DNA from: Phyllobates terribilis
Lineage: Eukaryota
Assembly: GCF_046119375.1 (NCBI RefSeq)
Contig: NW_027362765.1
Location: 140,926,001 to 140,990,000 of the forward strand
Reading direction: 5' to 3'
Length of the DNA stretch: 64,000 nt
Both the position numbers and the translations under genes were made by a program. The notes under the pieces were generated by a model. The model was not told where the DNA came from. It made no database searches and worked only from the letters and a program-made list of their open reading frames with translations. Below are positions 35,817 to 47,521 of the stretch, piece after piece. Within the stretch, counting starts at the first letter, position 1. Each line of letters starts with the position of its first letter.

Positions 35817-37186
35817 CACTGCTCAAAAAATAAAGGGAGCACTTAACACAATGTAACGTCAAGTCAATCACACTTCTGTGAATCCACCTCTCCAGATATG
35901 AAGCAACACTGATTGTGTCATTGCTCTCACCCCCAGAGGTACAGTAGCATGAGGTGGTGTCTACAACCCACAGAAGTTGCTCAGGTAGTGCAGCAAGTAG
36001 GGTAGCTGTGTCTGTCAGCACAGTGTCCAGAGTATGGAGCAGATACCAGGAAACAGGCCAGTACACCAGGAGACATTTAGGAGGCCGTAGGACGGCAACA
36101 ACTCAGCAGCAGGACCGCTAACTACTCCTTTGTGCAAGAAGGGACAGGAGGAGCACTGCCAGAGCCCTGCAAAATGACCTCCAGCAGGCCGCTAACATCC
36201 ATGTGTCTGGTCAGACAGTCAGAAACTGATTCCATGAGGGTGGTATGAGGGCCCGATGTTCACAAGTGGGCGTTGTGCTTACACCCCAACACTGTGCAGG
36301 GCGATTGCCATTTGCCAGAGAACACCAAGATTGGCAGATTCCACATTGGCGCCCTGTGCTCTTCACGGATGAGAGAAGGTTCACACTAAGCACATATGAC
36401 AGATGTGAAAGAGTCGGGAGACGCTGTGGAGAAAGTTCTGCTGCCTGCAACATCCTCCAGCATGACCGATTTGGCAGTGGGTCAGTAATGGTGTGGGGAG
36501 GCATTTCTTTGGAGGGCCACACTGCCCTCCATGTGCTAGGCAGAGGTACCCTGACTACCATTAGGTACCGGGATGAGATCCTCATACCCATTCTGACACC
36601 ATTTGCAGGTGCAGTGGGCCCTGGGTTCCTTCTGATGCATGACAATGCTACGCCTCATGTGGCTGAAGTTCCTGCATGATGAAGGCATTGAAGCTATGGA
36701 CTGGCCTGCCCGTTCCCCTGACCTAAATCTGATCGAGAACATCTGGGACATCATGTCTCGTTCCATCCACCAACGCCACGTTGCACCACAGACTGTCCGG
36801 TAGTTGACTGATGCTTTAATCCAGGTCTGGGAGGAGATCCCTCAGAATAACATCCACCGACTCTTCAGGAGCATGCTCAGGTGTTGTAGGGAGGTCATAG
36901 AGGCACAAGGAAGCCACACACACTACTGAGCATCATTTCCTTGTCTTGCGCCAATTCCACTGAATTTGGATCAGCCTGTAATTTGATTTTCCACTTTGAT
37001 TTTGAGTATCATTAAAAATTCAGACCTCCATGGAATATTAATTTTGATTTACATTGATAATTTTTATGTTTTATTGTTCTCAACGCATTCCACTATGTAA
37101 CGAATAAAGATTTGCAACTGGAATATTTCATTCAGTGATTTCTATGATGTGGTATTTTAGTGTTCCCTTTATTTTTTTGAGCAGTA
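35817..37186 (+). mobile_element. Tc1 DD34E transposon (CACTGCTCAAAAAA family), internally deleted
   Basis: Both TIRs present with TA flanks. + ORF 36245-36679 (VLFTDE...GSVMVWGGISL...MHDNATPH). Confidence 0.92.
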
Positions 37187-37739
37187 TAGTTACATAGGCC
37201 AATGACCGGTTCCTCACATGGTCTCACTGCGATCTCCTTCCTGGTGCTAAACACTGCCCCCATATAGACTCCCCCGTGCCCTCCTACCAGCATGGTGGCT
37301 ATTATTGGATGCTCTCATTATGGGGGTCTCTAGCTGTGTTTTACTGTTGTGTGCAGGCACTCTAGTCGCTGCCTTTGGGGAGAGCCTTGCTGGTATTTTG
37401 GGGAACTCTGGCTGGCACTTTGAGGGTAGTTGCCCTTGCATGCCCCCTTGTCATTATGGGGTCACCTTTATTAGTCACTATCATTAGACACTGATTATAG
37501 GGGGTCTGTGGTTGTCACTTATTTTGCTAGGCACCCTGAATGATCAGTCTTTGAGGACACTCTTGTCATTTTGGGTTGGGTTCACTTACCTTTGGACAAG
37601 CATTTCTTAAAACAATATGGAGGTAAAATCAGTATTGTATATAACCTCAATTTTGCTTTCAACCTACAATGACAACTGGAGACCCCCATAATGATGTATT
37701 TCACGACTATGCAGTCTGACCCACAGCACTCTGCACAAG

Positions 37740-38160
37740 AGCGGAACTGAATTCCACCGAGCTTGTTTCTGGGAGGACCGGTGCGCTGGATACACTCTTC
37801 CCCCGTGTGAGCCGCACACTTGGTATTTTCAGCAAGGGGAAAGAGGGCAGAGGAGGATGTGAGCCTGGAGGTCAGTGGCCTGTGTGTCCGGGGATGAGGC
37901 GGCATCTTCTGGATGCCGGGCTCGCTGCACGGCACATGGATGTCACCTTTATTCCTGTCACGTGTTTTTTTGCAGGGGTCGCCCTGTAGTGTTCCCATGT
38001 ACATTATCTGCGTGGAGGTCACGTGATCTGGGAGACTTGACAATGTTCTCTCTTATTTCCGTGATCTCCAGTCTGTGACTTTATAGCTTTGGTGAAACTA
38101 CAACTCCCAGCATGCCTTGACTGAGGGGAGACATGGAGCTGGGAGTTCTAGTTCCTAATA
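37740..38160 (+). promoter_or_regulatory. TACO1: Candidate TACO1 promoter and non-coding first exon (CpG-rich)
   Basis: CpG-rich; E-boxes CACGTG at 37959-37964 and GTCACGTGAT at 38018-38027; ZNF143/SBS-like ACTACAACTCCCAGCATGC at 38097-38115. Candidate donors GAT|gtgagc (37859) and GAG|gtcagt (37871). The ATG exon has its own acceptor at 39460. Confidence 0.55.
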
Positions 38161-38574
38161 AACTGTTTGTGTGCTGGAGAACACTTCAGTAATGATCAGA
38201 ACCTGACATGTTTTTTTTTTTTTTTAAGAAGCCCCATTCATTTCAGTGGCAGTTTGTGCATAACACTACTTGTGAGGGTGACGTACCATGATTGTTCTTA
38301 TCACCCTAAATCGTTTGGTACTCACTTTAGCATTTTCTTTTACCCTTTTACTATGCTGTAGGTAAACTTATTGCTGGGATTGTTCTGAATTATCGGAAAC
38401 AATCCTTTCAAGTCCATATGGGGTGGGGGGTCTGTGTAAACTCCCCGCCCCCTCCTCCCACTCAAGGGGCATTTGTCTTCAGTCTAAAGCTTTCCCAGCG
38501 CTGTCCTGTATTCTATCTGTCACACACTGTGTTGTGGGCGTCTATGGCCATCTTGCAAGAGCTAGAGGGACTTC

Positions 38575-38940
38575 TGTAGCCTTCCCGCAAGGGTTACGGT
38601 GGGGTGAGGGCCTCTGTGGCCGTACCGCAAGGGTTATGGTGGGAAAGGGTCCCCTGTGGCCGTACCGCAAGAGTTATGGTGGGGAGGAGTCCCCTGTGGC
38701 CATACCGCACAGGGTTATGGTGGGGTGGGGGCCTCTCTGGCTGTACCGCAAGGGTTATGGTGGGGTGGGGGCCTCTCTGGCTGTACCGCAAGGGTTATGG
38801 TGGGGTGGGGGCCTCTCTGGCTGTACCGCAAGGGTTACGGTGGGGTGGGGGCCTCTCTGGCCGTACCGCAAGTGTTACGGTGGGACGGGGGCCCCTGTGG
38901 CCACACTTCATGGGTTACGGTGGGGTCCTCTGTGGCCATC
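38575..38940. repeat. 40-bp G-rich minisatellite (ctgtaccgcaagggttatggtggggtgggggcctctctgg), about 9 copies
   Basis: An exact 40-bp period is visible at 38741-38860; explains ORFs 38423-38976. Confidence 0.92.
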
Positions 38941-39080
38941 CCTAAAGGGTTGAGAAATGAAAGAGGCCCACTGTAGCTTATTTTCAGAAACTTGAAGCTG
39001 TCAGTGAAAAATATCTTGAAACATTTGGCACCCATCCCCCTCATGTGCCTTTATTTTGCATGGGACACTCAGTTGTGTTA

Positions 39081-39406
39081 GGGTATGTGCAGATGATCCT
39101 GAGCCGGCTGCGGAGAAGCCGCCTCCGGCTTCCGCTCATTATGCCAATGAATGCCGGCCTCTTTTTTTTTTTTTTTCTCACATGCAGACTTTCCCCCTAG
39201 AGGTTAGGTCTATGGGGAAAGCCCGCATGCGGACCCGCTGGAGAAAGTGACGCACCGCATGTCTGTTTCTGTGGGTGTGCCGCAGATGCATAGTGGGCAT
39301 GGGATTTGTATAAATCCCATCCACTATGCTGTAACACCTGGCCGCTGCTGATTGCATGCAGCGCTGCGTCCAATCCACAGTGAACATTGATCATGTGCAC
39401 ATACCC
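39081..39406. mobile_element. Harbinger-type MITE with TTA TSD
   Basis: tta-GGGTATGTGCAGATGATC ... GATCATGTGCACATACCC-tta. Ends about 54 bp before the acceptor of the TACO1 ATG exon. Confidence 0.8.
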
Positions 39407-39480
39407 TTATTGTGTACTATGAAGAGCAGTGGTTGACTTTCTTGTCCTCCCCTTCCATAGGGTGAGCCTGTGGCAGCACT

Positions 39481-39718
39481 ATGTCTCTAGCACTGGGCCG
39501 GTTCTGCTTCTCCTACCGGAGCAGTCTCTGGAGATCACTGTCTGGATGTCAGGAGAGGCTACGTTGTCCTGGTCAGGAGGCGAGCCTTCACACATCTGCA
39601 GTAGCCTTGGCTGGACATAATAAATGGTCCAAAGTGAAGCATATAAAGGGTCCAAAGGATGCAGCCAGGTCACGCCTGTTCGCCAAGCTCACCACGATGA
39701 TCAAAGTGGCAGTGAGAG
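39481..39718 (+). CDS. TACO1: TACO1 coding exon 1 (mitochondrial presequence plus [17 protein letters not shown])
   Basis: YebC/TACO1 signature [17 protein letters not shown]|gtatgg donor. Confidence 0.96.
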
Positions 39719-39790
39719 GTATGGAGAAGAGTTCCGTTATTGGGGACTGGAGGAAAAGGGCACTGAATGATTTTTGTCTTCTCCTTACAG

Positions 39791-39897
39791 AAGGGGGCCC
39801 AAACCCCGATTTCAATCCACTATTGAACCAACTGGTTGAGCAGGGGCGGCAAAGAAACATGCCGAAAGCTTCCATTGAGGCTGCCATTAAAGGAGCG
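39791..39897 (+). CDS. TACO1: TACO1 coding exon 2 ([12 protein letters not shown]...[14 protein letters not shown])
   Basis: ccttacag acceptor and GCG|gtaaga donor. 107 nt, phase 1 to 0. Confidence 0.96.
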
Positions 39898-40221
39898 GTA
39901 AGAAATCAGAGCCTACAACAACAACAAAAAAGTCATGAAAGGACTTGTTTACATGGGTTGGTGATGCTGTATACCAATCTAGTGGATGAGATTTCCTAAA
40001 ATGTTATCCACACGATGCGTAAATGAAATGGTACTGCAAATTTGACATGTGCAGCATGGGAATATATGCTGTGGATATTCACCGTGGATTTCACCATTGG
40101 CAATGCAAAGCCTCTGCAATTCCTGTACAGTCCCTTTAAGTAGATTTTGTAATACGAACTGGATGTTTAATACATTTATGCACTGTTGAAGTATTAAAAA
40201 TGATAAATGTTTTTTTTAAAG

Positions 40222-40355
40222 GATAAATCAAAACCCACCTCCTATGCACTGTATCAAGCTAGAGGCCCCGGTGGATGTTCTCTAATTATTGAACTCCTGA
40301 CTGATAACACCAATCGCTCTTTTGCAGATCTCAGGCTCCTGCTTAACAAAAATGG
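40222..40355 (+). CDS. TACO1: TACO1 coding exon 3 (DKSKPTSYALYQARGPGGCSLIIELLTDNTNRSFADLRLLLNKN-G)
   Basis: YebC motif GPGG..LIIE.LTDN.NR. tttaaag acceptor and GG|gtatgt donor. Confidence 0.95.
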
Positions 40356-40775
40356 GTATGTGATTTTGGAACCATATCGACTATTGCTAAAAATGTCTAG
40401 TGCTTTCCATTATTGATGGTTAAAAGGGTTTTTGCTGCTGTGCCCTCTGTGGGGAAACTTGGCTTGAAGACCCTTTTAAAGGGACTCTGTCAGCACAGAA
40501 TGACTGTTCAAACCAATTACAGGCGCTCGGTGCACCCTTGGCTTGGCCAAATATATATGTGCACCTTCCCACCTACTCCACCCCCCCTCCCCTCCACTGC
40601 TGTTAATCAAAGAAGTGGGGGTTTGTGTAGATAGAAGGAAAACAAGTAGGTGGGAAGGTGCACTTAAATATTTGGGGATGCCAAGGGTTCACCGAGTGAC
40701 TGTACGTGGTTTGAACAGTCATTCTGTACTGACAGACTCTTACGTCTACAGACTTTTTAAGGCATGTAGATACTA

Positions 40776-42149
40776 CAACCCCTGGCAAAAATTATGGAAT
40801 CACCGGGCTCGGAGGATGTTCATTCAGTTGTTTAATGTTGAAAAAAAGCAGATCACAGACATGGCACAAAACTAAAGTCATTTCAAATGGCAACTTTAGG
40901 GCTATAAGAACCACTAAAAGAAATCAAGATTAAAAATGTGGTACTCAGTAAGGGTCATTTTTTTTCAGACCAAGCAGAGGGAAAAAATTATGGAATCATA
41001 AAAAACAAACACACAAAAGAACACTCCAATACACCACTGGTATTTTGTTGCAGTCTCTGAGGCATGGACTTAATGAGTGACAAACAGTACTCTTCATCAA
41101 TCTGGCTCCAAGTTTCTCTGATTGCTGTTGCCAGATCAGCTTTGCAGGTTGGAGCCTTGTCATGGACCATTTTCTTCAACTTCCACCAAAGATTTTCAAT
41201 TGGATTGAGATCCGGACTATTTGCAGGCCATGACATTGACCTTATGTATCTTCTTTCAAGGAATGTTTTCACAGTTTTTGCTCTATGGCAGGATGCATTA
41301 TCATCTTGAAAAATGATGTCATCATCCTTTCAATTGATGGGATAAGAAAACTGTCCAAAATATCAATGTAAACTTGGGCATTTATTGAAGATGTAATGAC
41401 AGCCATCTCCCCAGTGCCTTTACCTGACATGCAGCCCCATATCATCAATGACTGTGGAAATTTGCATGTTCTCTTCATGCAGTCATCTTTATAAATCTCA
41501 TTGGAACGGCATCAAATAAAAGTTCCAGCATCATCACCTTGCCCAATGCAGATTCGCGATTCATCACTGAATATGACTTTCATCCAGTCATCCACAGTCC
41601 ACGATTGCTTTTCCTTAGCCCATTGTAACCTTGTTTTTTGTCTGTTTAGGTGTTAATGATGGCTTATGTTTAGCTTTTCTGTATGTAAATCCCATTTCCT
41701 TTAGGCGGTTTCTTATAAGAGTTTGATAATCCTCTCCTTTGTTTCAATTGACATCTCTCATCTTGGAGCCATGATTCATTTCAGTCCACTTGGTGCAACA
41801 GCTCTCCAAGTTGTGATCACTACTTTTTAGATGCAGACTAACGAGCAGATCTAATTTGATGCAGGTGTTAGTTTTGGAAATGAAAATTTACAGGGTGATT
41901 CCATAATTTTTTCCTCAGAATTGAGTGATTCCATAATTTATTCCCTCTGCTTGGTCTGAAAAAATTACCCTTACTGAGTACCACATTTTTAATCTTGATT
42001 TCTTTTAGTGTTTCTTAAAGCCCTAAAGTTGCCATTTGAAATGACTTTAGTTTTGTGCCATGTCTGTGATCTGCTTTTTTTCAACAACATTAAACAACTG
42101 AATGAACATCCTCCGAGCCCGGTGATTCCATAATTTTTGCCATGGGTTG
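40776..42149 (-). mobile_element. Tc1 (long IR/DR-type TIR) transposon, internally deleted, in TACO1 intron 3
   Basis: TA-CAACCCCTGGCAAAAATTATGGAATCAC ... GTGATTCCATAATTTTTGCCATGGGTTG-TA. Minus ORFs 40988-41272 (WPANSPDLNPIENLW) and 41269-41478. Confidence 0.93.
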
Positions 42150-42790
42150 TAGAAAGTTCAATATCCCTTCAGTGCCACTAAGGGATAAACTAAGCATTTT
42201 ACAGCGGCCTTTCAAATCCATGGGTTTCTTAGTTAAAAAGACAAGTCCTTCATACTGAGAAATACTCTTCATACCCTCTCTACACTCTGGATTTTGAATA
42301 AAAGACACAACAGATGGAAAAATGCATCATCTAATGTTTATTACATTTAATTCAAAAACACTATGGACTCCATTTTATTTTCCTTTTCTAGATCATTGTC
42401 AAGCAGCGAGAGAGAGAACTGTGCCACATAAATCACTGCACAGTTCTGTCAAAGACTCAAAGGTGGAAGCAATAAGATTTTCACATACAGCTTCTCCGCT
42501 TCCGTGCTCTGAACAAACAGCAGGGCAGGAGTGGGGAGAACTGTACAGCCATGAACAGCCACACAGCTCCCTCAATGATCAGGCAGAGGACTTTATGAGC
42601 ACCCGATCATGTGCTGCCACTACCCCTGACTGACTGCAAACTATAACAATTAACAACTTTTTAGTAGGATTTTTTTTTGTTTATAAAATCTATAACTTGT
42701 AGCTTGAAAAATCTGGTAGAATAACTTGGCAACTCCCTTTCTTTGAGATTTTAAATGGAAAAAAAAGTAATTTTTCTTTCTGGTTTACAG

Positions 42791-42968
42791 AGGAACTCAC
42801 ACTGATGCGCTGCATTGCTTTAACAAAAAGGGAGTAGTGACTGTCCAGACCCAAGACCGAGATGGCAAACATGTGCAGATGGAGCAGGCTCTTGAACTGG
42901 CCATACAAGCAGGAGCTGAGGATGTGGAAGAGATGCAGGACGAGGAGGAGGAAAAAGATGTGTACAAG
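42791..42968 (+). CDS. TACO1: TACO1 coding exon 4 ([18 protein letters not shown]...[15 protein letters not shown]...KDVYK)
   Basis: F.KKGV and A(L)ELAI.AGAEDV motifs. tttacag acceptor and AAG|gtggga donor. 178 nt, phase 2 to 0. Confidence 0.95.
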
Positions 42969-42988
42969 GTGGGAGACAATATCTGCTA

Positions 42989-44272
42989 TTAACCCCTTCG
43001 CAAACCCTGGGATTTTCCGTTTTTGTTTTTTGCTCCCCTTGTTCCCAGAGCCATAGCGTTTTTAGTTTTTGGTCAATATGGCCGTGCGAGGGCTTATTTT
43101 TTGCGGGACGAGTTGTACTTTTCAACGCCATTACTAGTTTTACCATATCTTGTACGTGAAAACGGGAAAAAAATTCCAAGTGCGGTGAAATTGCAAAAAA
43201 GTGCAATACCACAGATGTTTGTTTTTTTTATTTTTTTTACCACTTTCACTGAATGCTAAAACTGACCTGCCATTATTATTCTCCAGGTCATTACGAGTTC
43301 GTAGACACCAAACTTGTATAGGTTCTTTTTTATTTAAGTGGTGAAAAAAAATTCCAAAGTTTGGTAAAAAAAAAAAAAAAATAGCGCCATTTTCTAAGAC
43401 CTATAGCGTCTCCATTTTTCGGGATCTGGGGCCTGGTGAGGGCTTATTTTTTGCGCACCGAGCTGAAGTTTTTATTGATACCATTTTGAGGTAGATCCGA
43501 TGTTTTGATCGCCCGTTATTGCATTTTATTGCAATGTTGCCGCGACCAAAAAACGTAATTCTGGCGTTTAGAATTTTTTTTCTCGTTACGCCGTTTACCG
43601 ATCGGATTAATTCTTTTTTTATATTGATAGATCGGGCGATTCTGAACGCAGCGATACCAAATATGTGTATGTAGGGTTTTTTTTTATTTTTTATTTTGAA
43701 TGGGGCGAAGGGGGGGTGATTTAAACTTTTATATATTTTTTTTTATTTTTTTAATATTTTTAAAAACATTTTTTTTTCACTTTTTGCATGCTTCTATAGT
43801 CTCCATAGGAGACTAGAAGCAGCACTTGTCTGATCGCCTCTGCGACATACAGATGATCAGCAGATCACCTGTATGTAGCAGAAATGGTCCTGTGCTATGA
43901 ACGCCGACCACTAGGTGGCGCTCAGAGCGACCAGCTCATGACAACCACTGGAGTCTGCTGCAGACCCAGGGTTGTCATGACCATCCATCGGTGACCTACG
44001 ATCACGTGATGGGGTCACCGATGGGCGGGGTAAGTGACGCGCTTCCGGCGCGGCGCTGTTAAATGCCGCTGTCAGAGATTGACAGCGGCATTTAGCATGC
44101 TAACAGCCACGGGTGGATCGCGATTCCACCCGCGGCTGTTGCGGGCACATGTCAGCTGTAATAATCAGCTAACATGTGCCCAGTTCAGTGCGGGCTCAGC
44201 ACCGGAGCCCTCACTGAACCGGGGGATTACAGCCTGTGCGTACTAATACGGCACAGGCTGTAAAGTGGTTAA
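42989..44272. mobile_element. TTAACC-terminal non-autonomous DNA element in TACO1 intron 4, followed by a one-ended T2 MITE to about 44620
   Basis: TTAACCCCTTC ... AAAGTGGTTAA. Homologous to 17458-17815 and (inverted) 56543-57260. The next element starts at the shared TTAA (AGAAGTTGTCCACTACT). Confidence 0.7.
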
Positions 44273-46009
44273 AGAAGTTGTCCACTACTTGGACATTGAT
44301 GCCTTATCTGTAGGATAAGGCATCAATGTATGATCGGCCGGGGTCCTGCTAACGGCACCCCCGCCGATCAGCTGCTATCGGTGCCGGCGGCATCGGCCGC
44401 CGGCCAGAAGCGCTTACCTGCAGTGCTTGGCCGTCCATCTGTAGTGGCCGCCGCGGGGTACTGCACACCCGCCTCCCATTCAATTGAATAGGAGGTGGAT
44501 GTGCAGTTACAAGCCGCGGCCACTACAACTTGACGGCCAGGCACCGCAGGTAAGGACTTCCGGCCTCCACCGACAACAGCTGAACGGCAGGGGGTGCCGT
44601 GTGCGGGACCCCAGCCGATCATACGATTATTGAATGGAAAGATGCACTAAGAAAAATAGAAATGATTGAAGCAAAATACAAGGATAAAGTACAAATCATA
44701 TGAGGAGCAGAAATGACAGATGGGAACAGTCTGGCCGTGGGAACAAATAAAGGTGATCAAGTATTCCCAAGTGGTAGATTGGTCCATATGTGTCTGAGAA
44801 ATTGTAAGTAGAGTAAATTGTAAGTAGAAATTGTAAACAGGGAAACTCTCTGCAGGGAGTCCAGTGCTAGAAAATACTACATTAAATAGGTTGTCCAGGA
44901 TTAGAAGTACATGACTGAGTTCTTCCAAAAATGGTGCCAAATTTGTCTACACCTGTCCCCTTGGTGCGTGATATTGCAGCTCAGCCCTATTCGCTAAAAT
45001 TGAGCTGAACTGTAAGACCAAACACAATCAAATGGACGTGAGTGGTGCAGATTTTGAAATGGTTTTTAGGAACCTGTATAACTTCTAAATTCCCTTCAAC
45101 TGTGACATACAAGTATGTATGCAAATAACCTCTTCAGAAAGAAAGAGTACCTAAACTCTAATGCCACCTATTGGATGTCACTATCGACCCCTTAACGACC
45201 CATGCCACATTACTTAAGATAAGAAGCCAAATCAGACCTCCTGCTTTGCACTAATGAAGAGCAAGCACCCCCAAACATATGATTGCAACTGGAGCCTCTA
45301 GTTTGGCTTCTTATCCGAAGTCATGTGGAAAAGCTTGCTAAAGGGTCAATAGTGACTTTTGGGGTTGCTAGATCCAATAGGTGGTGCTAGAGTTCTAGTT
45401 CTTTTTTTTTCTCTAAAGAGGCTATTTGCATATTTAAAGTCCTAGAGGACTATATTCACAAGATTGTATTTTCAGTCCAAGTGCTGTCCGGGGCTGTTCA
45501 GATGTATGTGTGTGTTGTTTTTTTTTAATCACGGACCAAATCTGCACATGAAAAAAATTGCAGCATGCACTAGCTTCTTCCATATAATGGATGAGACTTG
45601 CCTATTCAAATCTATGGGTGTGAAAAAAATTGGACCCCATAAGGATCAACCGTATAGGATCCGATTTTTTTACAGATACATTGCAATTTTTTTCAAATTG
45701 GAAACTGTATTTGGTTTTCTAAATGTTAATAACTATTGATGTATCAAAACAGATGCCATACGAATGACAATTGAGATAAAAATCTTCTGTTTATTCTGGA
45801 TGAAACGCGGACTATTTTTTTATACACTATTTGTGTTTATGTTTTATTTGTTTTTAAGTGTGCACTTTTTTTTGTCTTTTTTTGTATTTTTGAATTTTTT
45901 CCCCATTAATAAAGAATTATTGTACTATTAGGAGGTGCACGTTGGGTGCATACACTCTCAGTTTTTTGCTCCTTTTTAACATAATTTACTCTAAATTCTC
46001 TTTTTGCAG

Positions 46010-46210
46010 TATATCTGTCATTCATACGCACTACGAGATGTCCGCAACCAGCTGATCGCCTTAGGATTAGTGCCAATCTCCTCCGGGCCGGAGTATTTGC
46101 CCAACATAACTGTACAACTCTCAGACATTGACAAAGAAAGGGTCTTCAAACTGTTGGAATTGATTAAAGACCAACCAGATGTCATGCGGGTCTATGACAA
46201 TATAGAATAA
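46010..46210 (+). CDS. TACO1: TACO1 terminal coding exon (YICHSYALRDVRNQL...DQPDVMRVYDNIE*)
   Basis: tttttgcag acceptor; C-terminal DV.RVYDNI motif; TAA at 46208-46210. Total CDS 858 nt = 285 aa. Confidence 0.96.
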   Translation, partial: YICHSYALRDVRNQLIALGLVPISSGPEYLPNITVQLSDIDKERVFKLLELIKDQPDVMRVYDNIE

Positions 46211-46668
46211 CGAGAGCCCCTGGAGGTGCTGCCGTCTCCCGAGTGTAAGTGTCGTTACAGCTGCAGGTCTTCCAACTGTGAATCCCATATGGATTGCAAA
46301 TTTTATGGCTTACAAAGATCTATGTGGCAGCTGTGCTGGGTGGAAGCTGTAAAAGTGGAAAATTTGGATGCCCGATATAATTAAAATAATGGCTGAATCT
46401 AATTATAATCAAATGAGTTGATCAAGAGATGGTGAATCCATGACTTTTCTGGGGATTTTTAAGCTCATCACTGCGGATCATTACACATGCTAGCCTTTTT
46501 AACTCCTTTAACACAAAATGACACATACCTAAAGTTCCAGTCAAAAGTTCATTAATGGTTTTGCTTTTTCTTATTGGAATGTGCATATTATAGATTCAGA
46601 CTGAAGGCAACAAAATCAGAAAGGAACACATATGGAAGCAAGGAGTAAACAAACCAGAATATGTGTTA

Positions 46669-47508
46669 GGCTATGTGCCCACGATGCAGAAATGCTCAGG
46701 ATTTTTTCCTGAGCGTTTCTGCATCTCCCTGGCAGAAAAAAACGCATGCGGATTGTACATGCGTTTTCCTGCCAGGGACATGCAGAAGTGAAGCGTTCTT
46801 TACTTGCATTTCCGCTTGCGGGTTGACAAGCACTTTCCAAGCGATTTTAGCATCACTTGGAAAGTGCTTGACAACTTGGTCACACAAACAGCATGGATTT
46901 ATATAGTGTGACCCGAGAGAATGTCAAAAAAGAAATATATACTTACCTTCCGATGGCCCCCGCAGTCTTGATTTCCTCCGTCTCAGCTGCCGGCAGCGGT
47001 AGAGTGAAGGACCTGCCGACGTCAGCGTCGCGTGACCCGTCACATGACTCTGACACCAGCGCAGGTCCTTCATTCCATCGCGAACTGCTGCCAAACAAGG
47101 AGGAGCGCACCGCGGGCCGCCGGAAGGTAAGTATATATTTACTTTTTATTTTATTCTTTTTTTTTACAGTTTTCAATGGTACCCAGGTCCGGAGGAGAGT
47201 CTCCTCTTCTCTAGACCTGGGTACCATCCGCACATTAGAACTCATGGAATGCGCATCTACTTATGCAGTGATGCGTAATCCATGGGGTCTAATGCAAGTC
47301 AATGGAGGATAAAACGCAGCACTTACGCAAAATAATTGGTAGTGCTGCGTTTTTTTCCGCAATGATAATCCGCAGCGGAAATTTCCGCAGCATGTGCACA
47401 GCACATGCGGATTATCATTGGGGAACATGGCAGGCCTTCTACTATGCGTTTTTTAAGCATTTCTGCTGCTGCGGAAACGCTTAAAAAATGCATCGTGGGC
47501 ACACAGCC
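46669..47508. mobile_element. Harbinger-type MITE with TTA TSD
   Basis: tta-GGCTATGTGCCCACGATGC ... GCATCGTGGGCACACAGCC-tta. Confidence 0.8.
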
Positions 47509-47521
47509 TTAAACTTTTAGA

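Noticed and set aside
38423-38976. Gly/Trp/Pro-rich ORFs
   Set aside because: They are translations of the 40-bp minisatellite.
39719-39999. 172-aa TACO1 ORF reading through intron 1
   Set aside because: The 72-nt intron is in frame and stop-free, so the ORF track merges exons 1 and 2. Canonical splice sites define the real structure, and intron retention is not supported from sequence alone.
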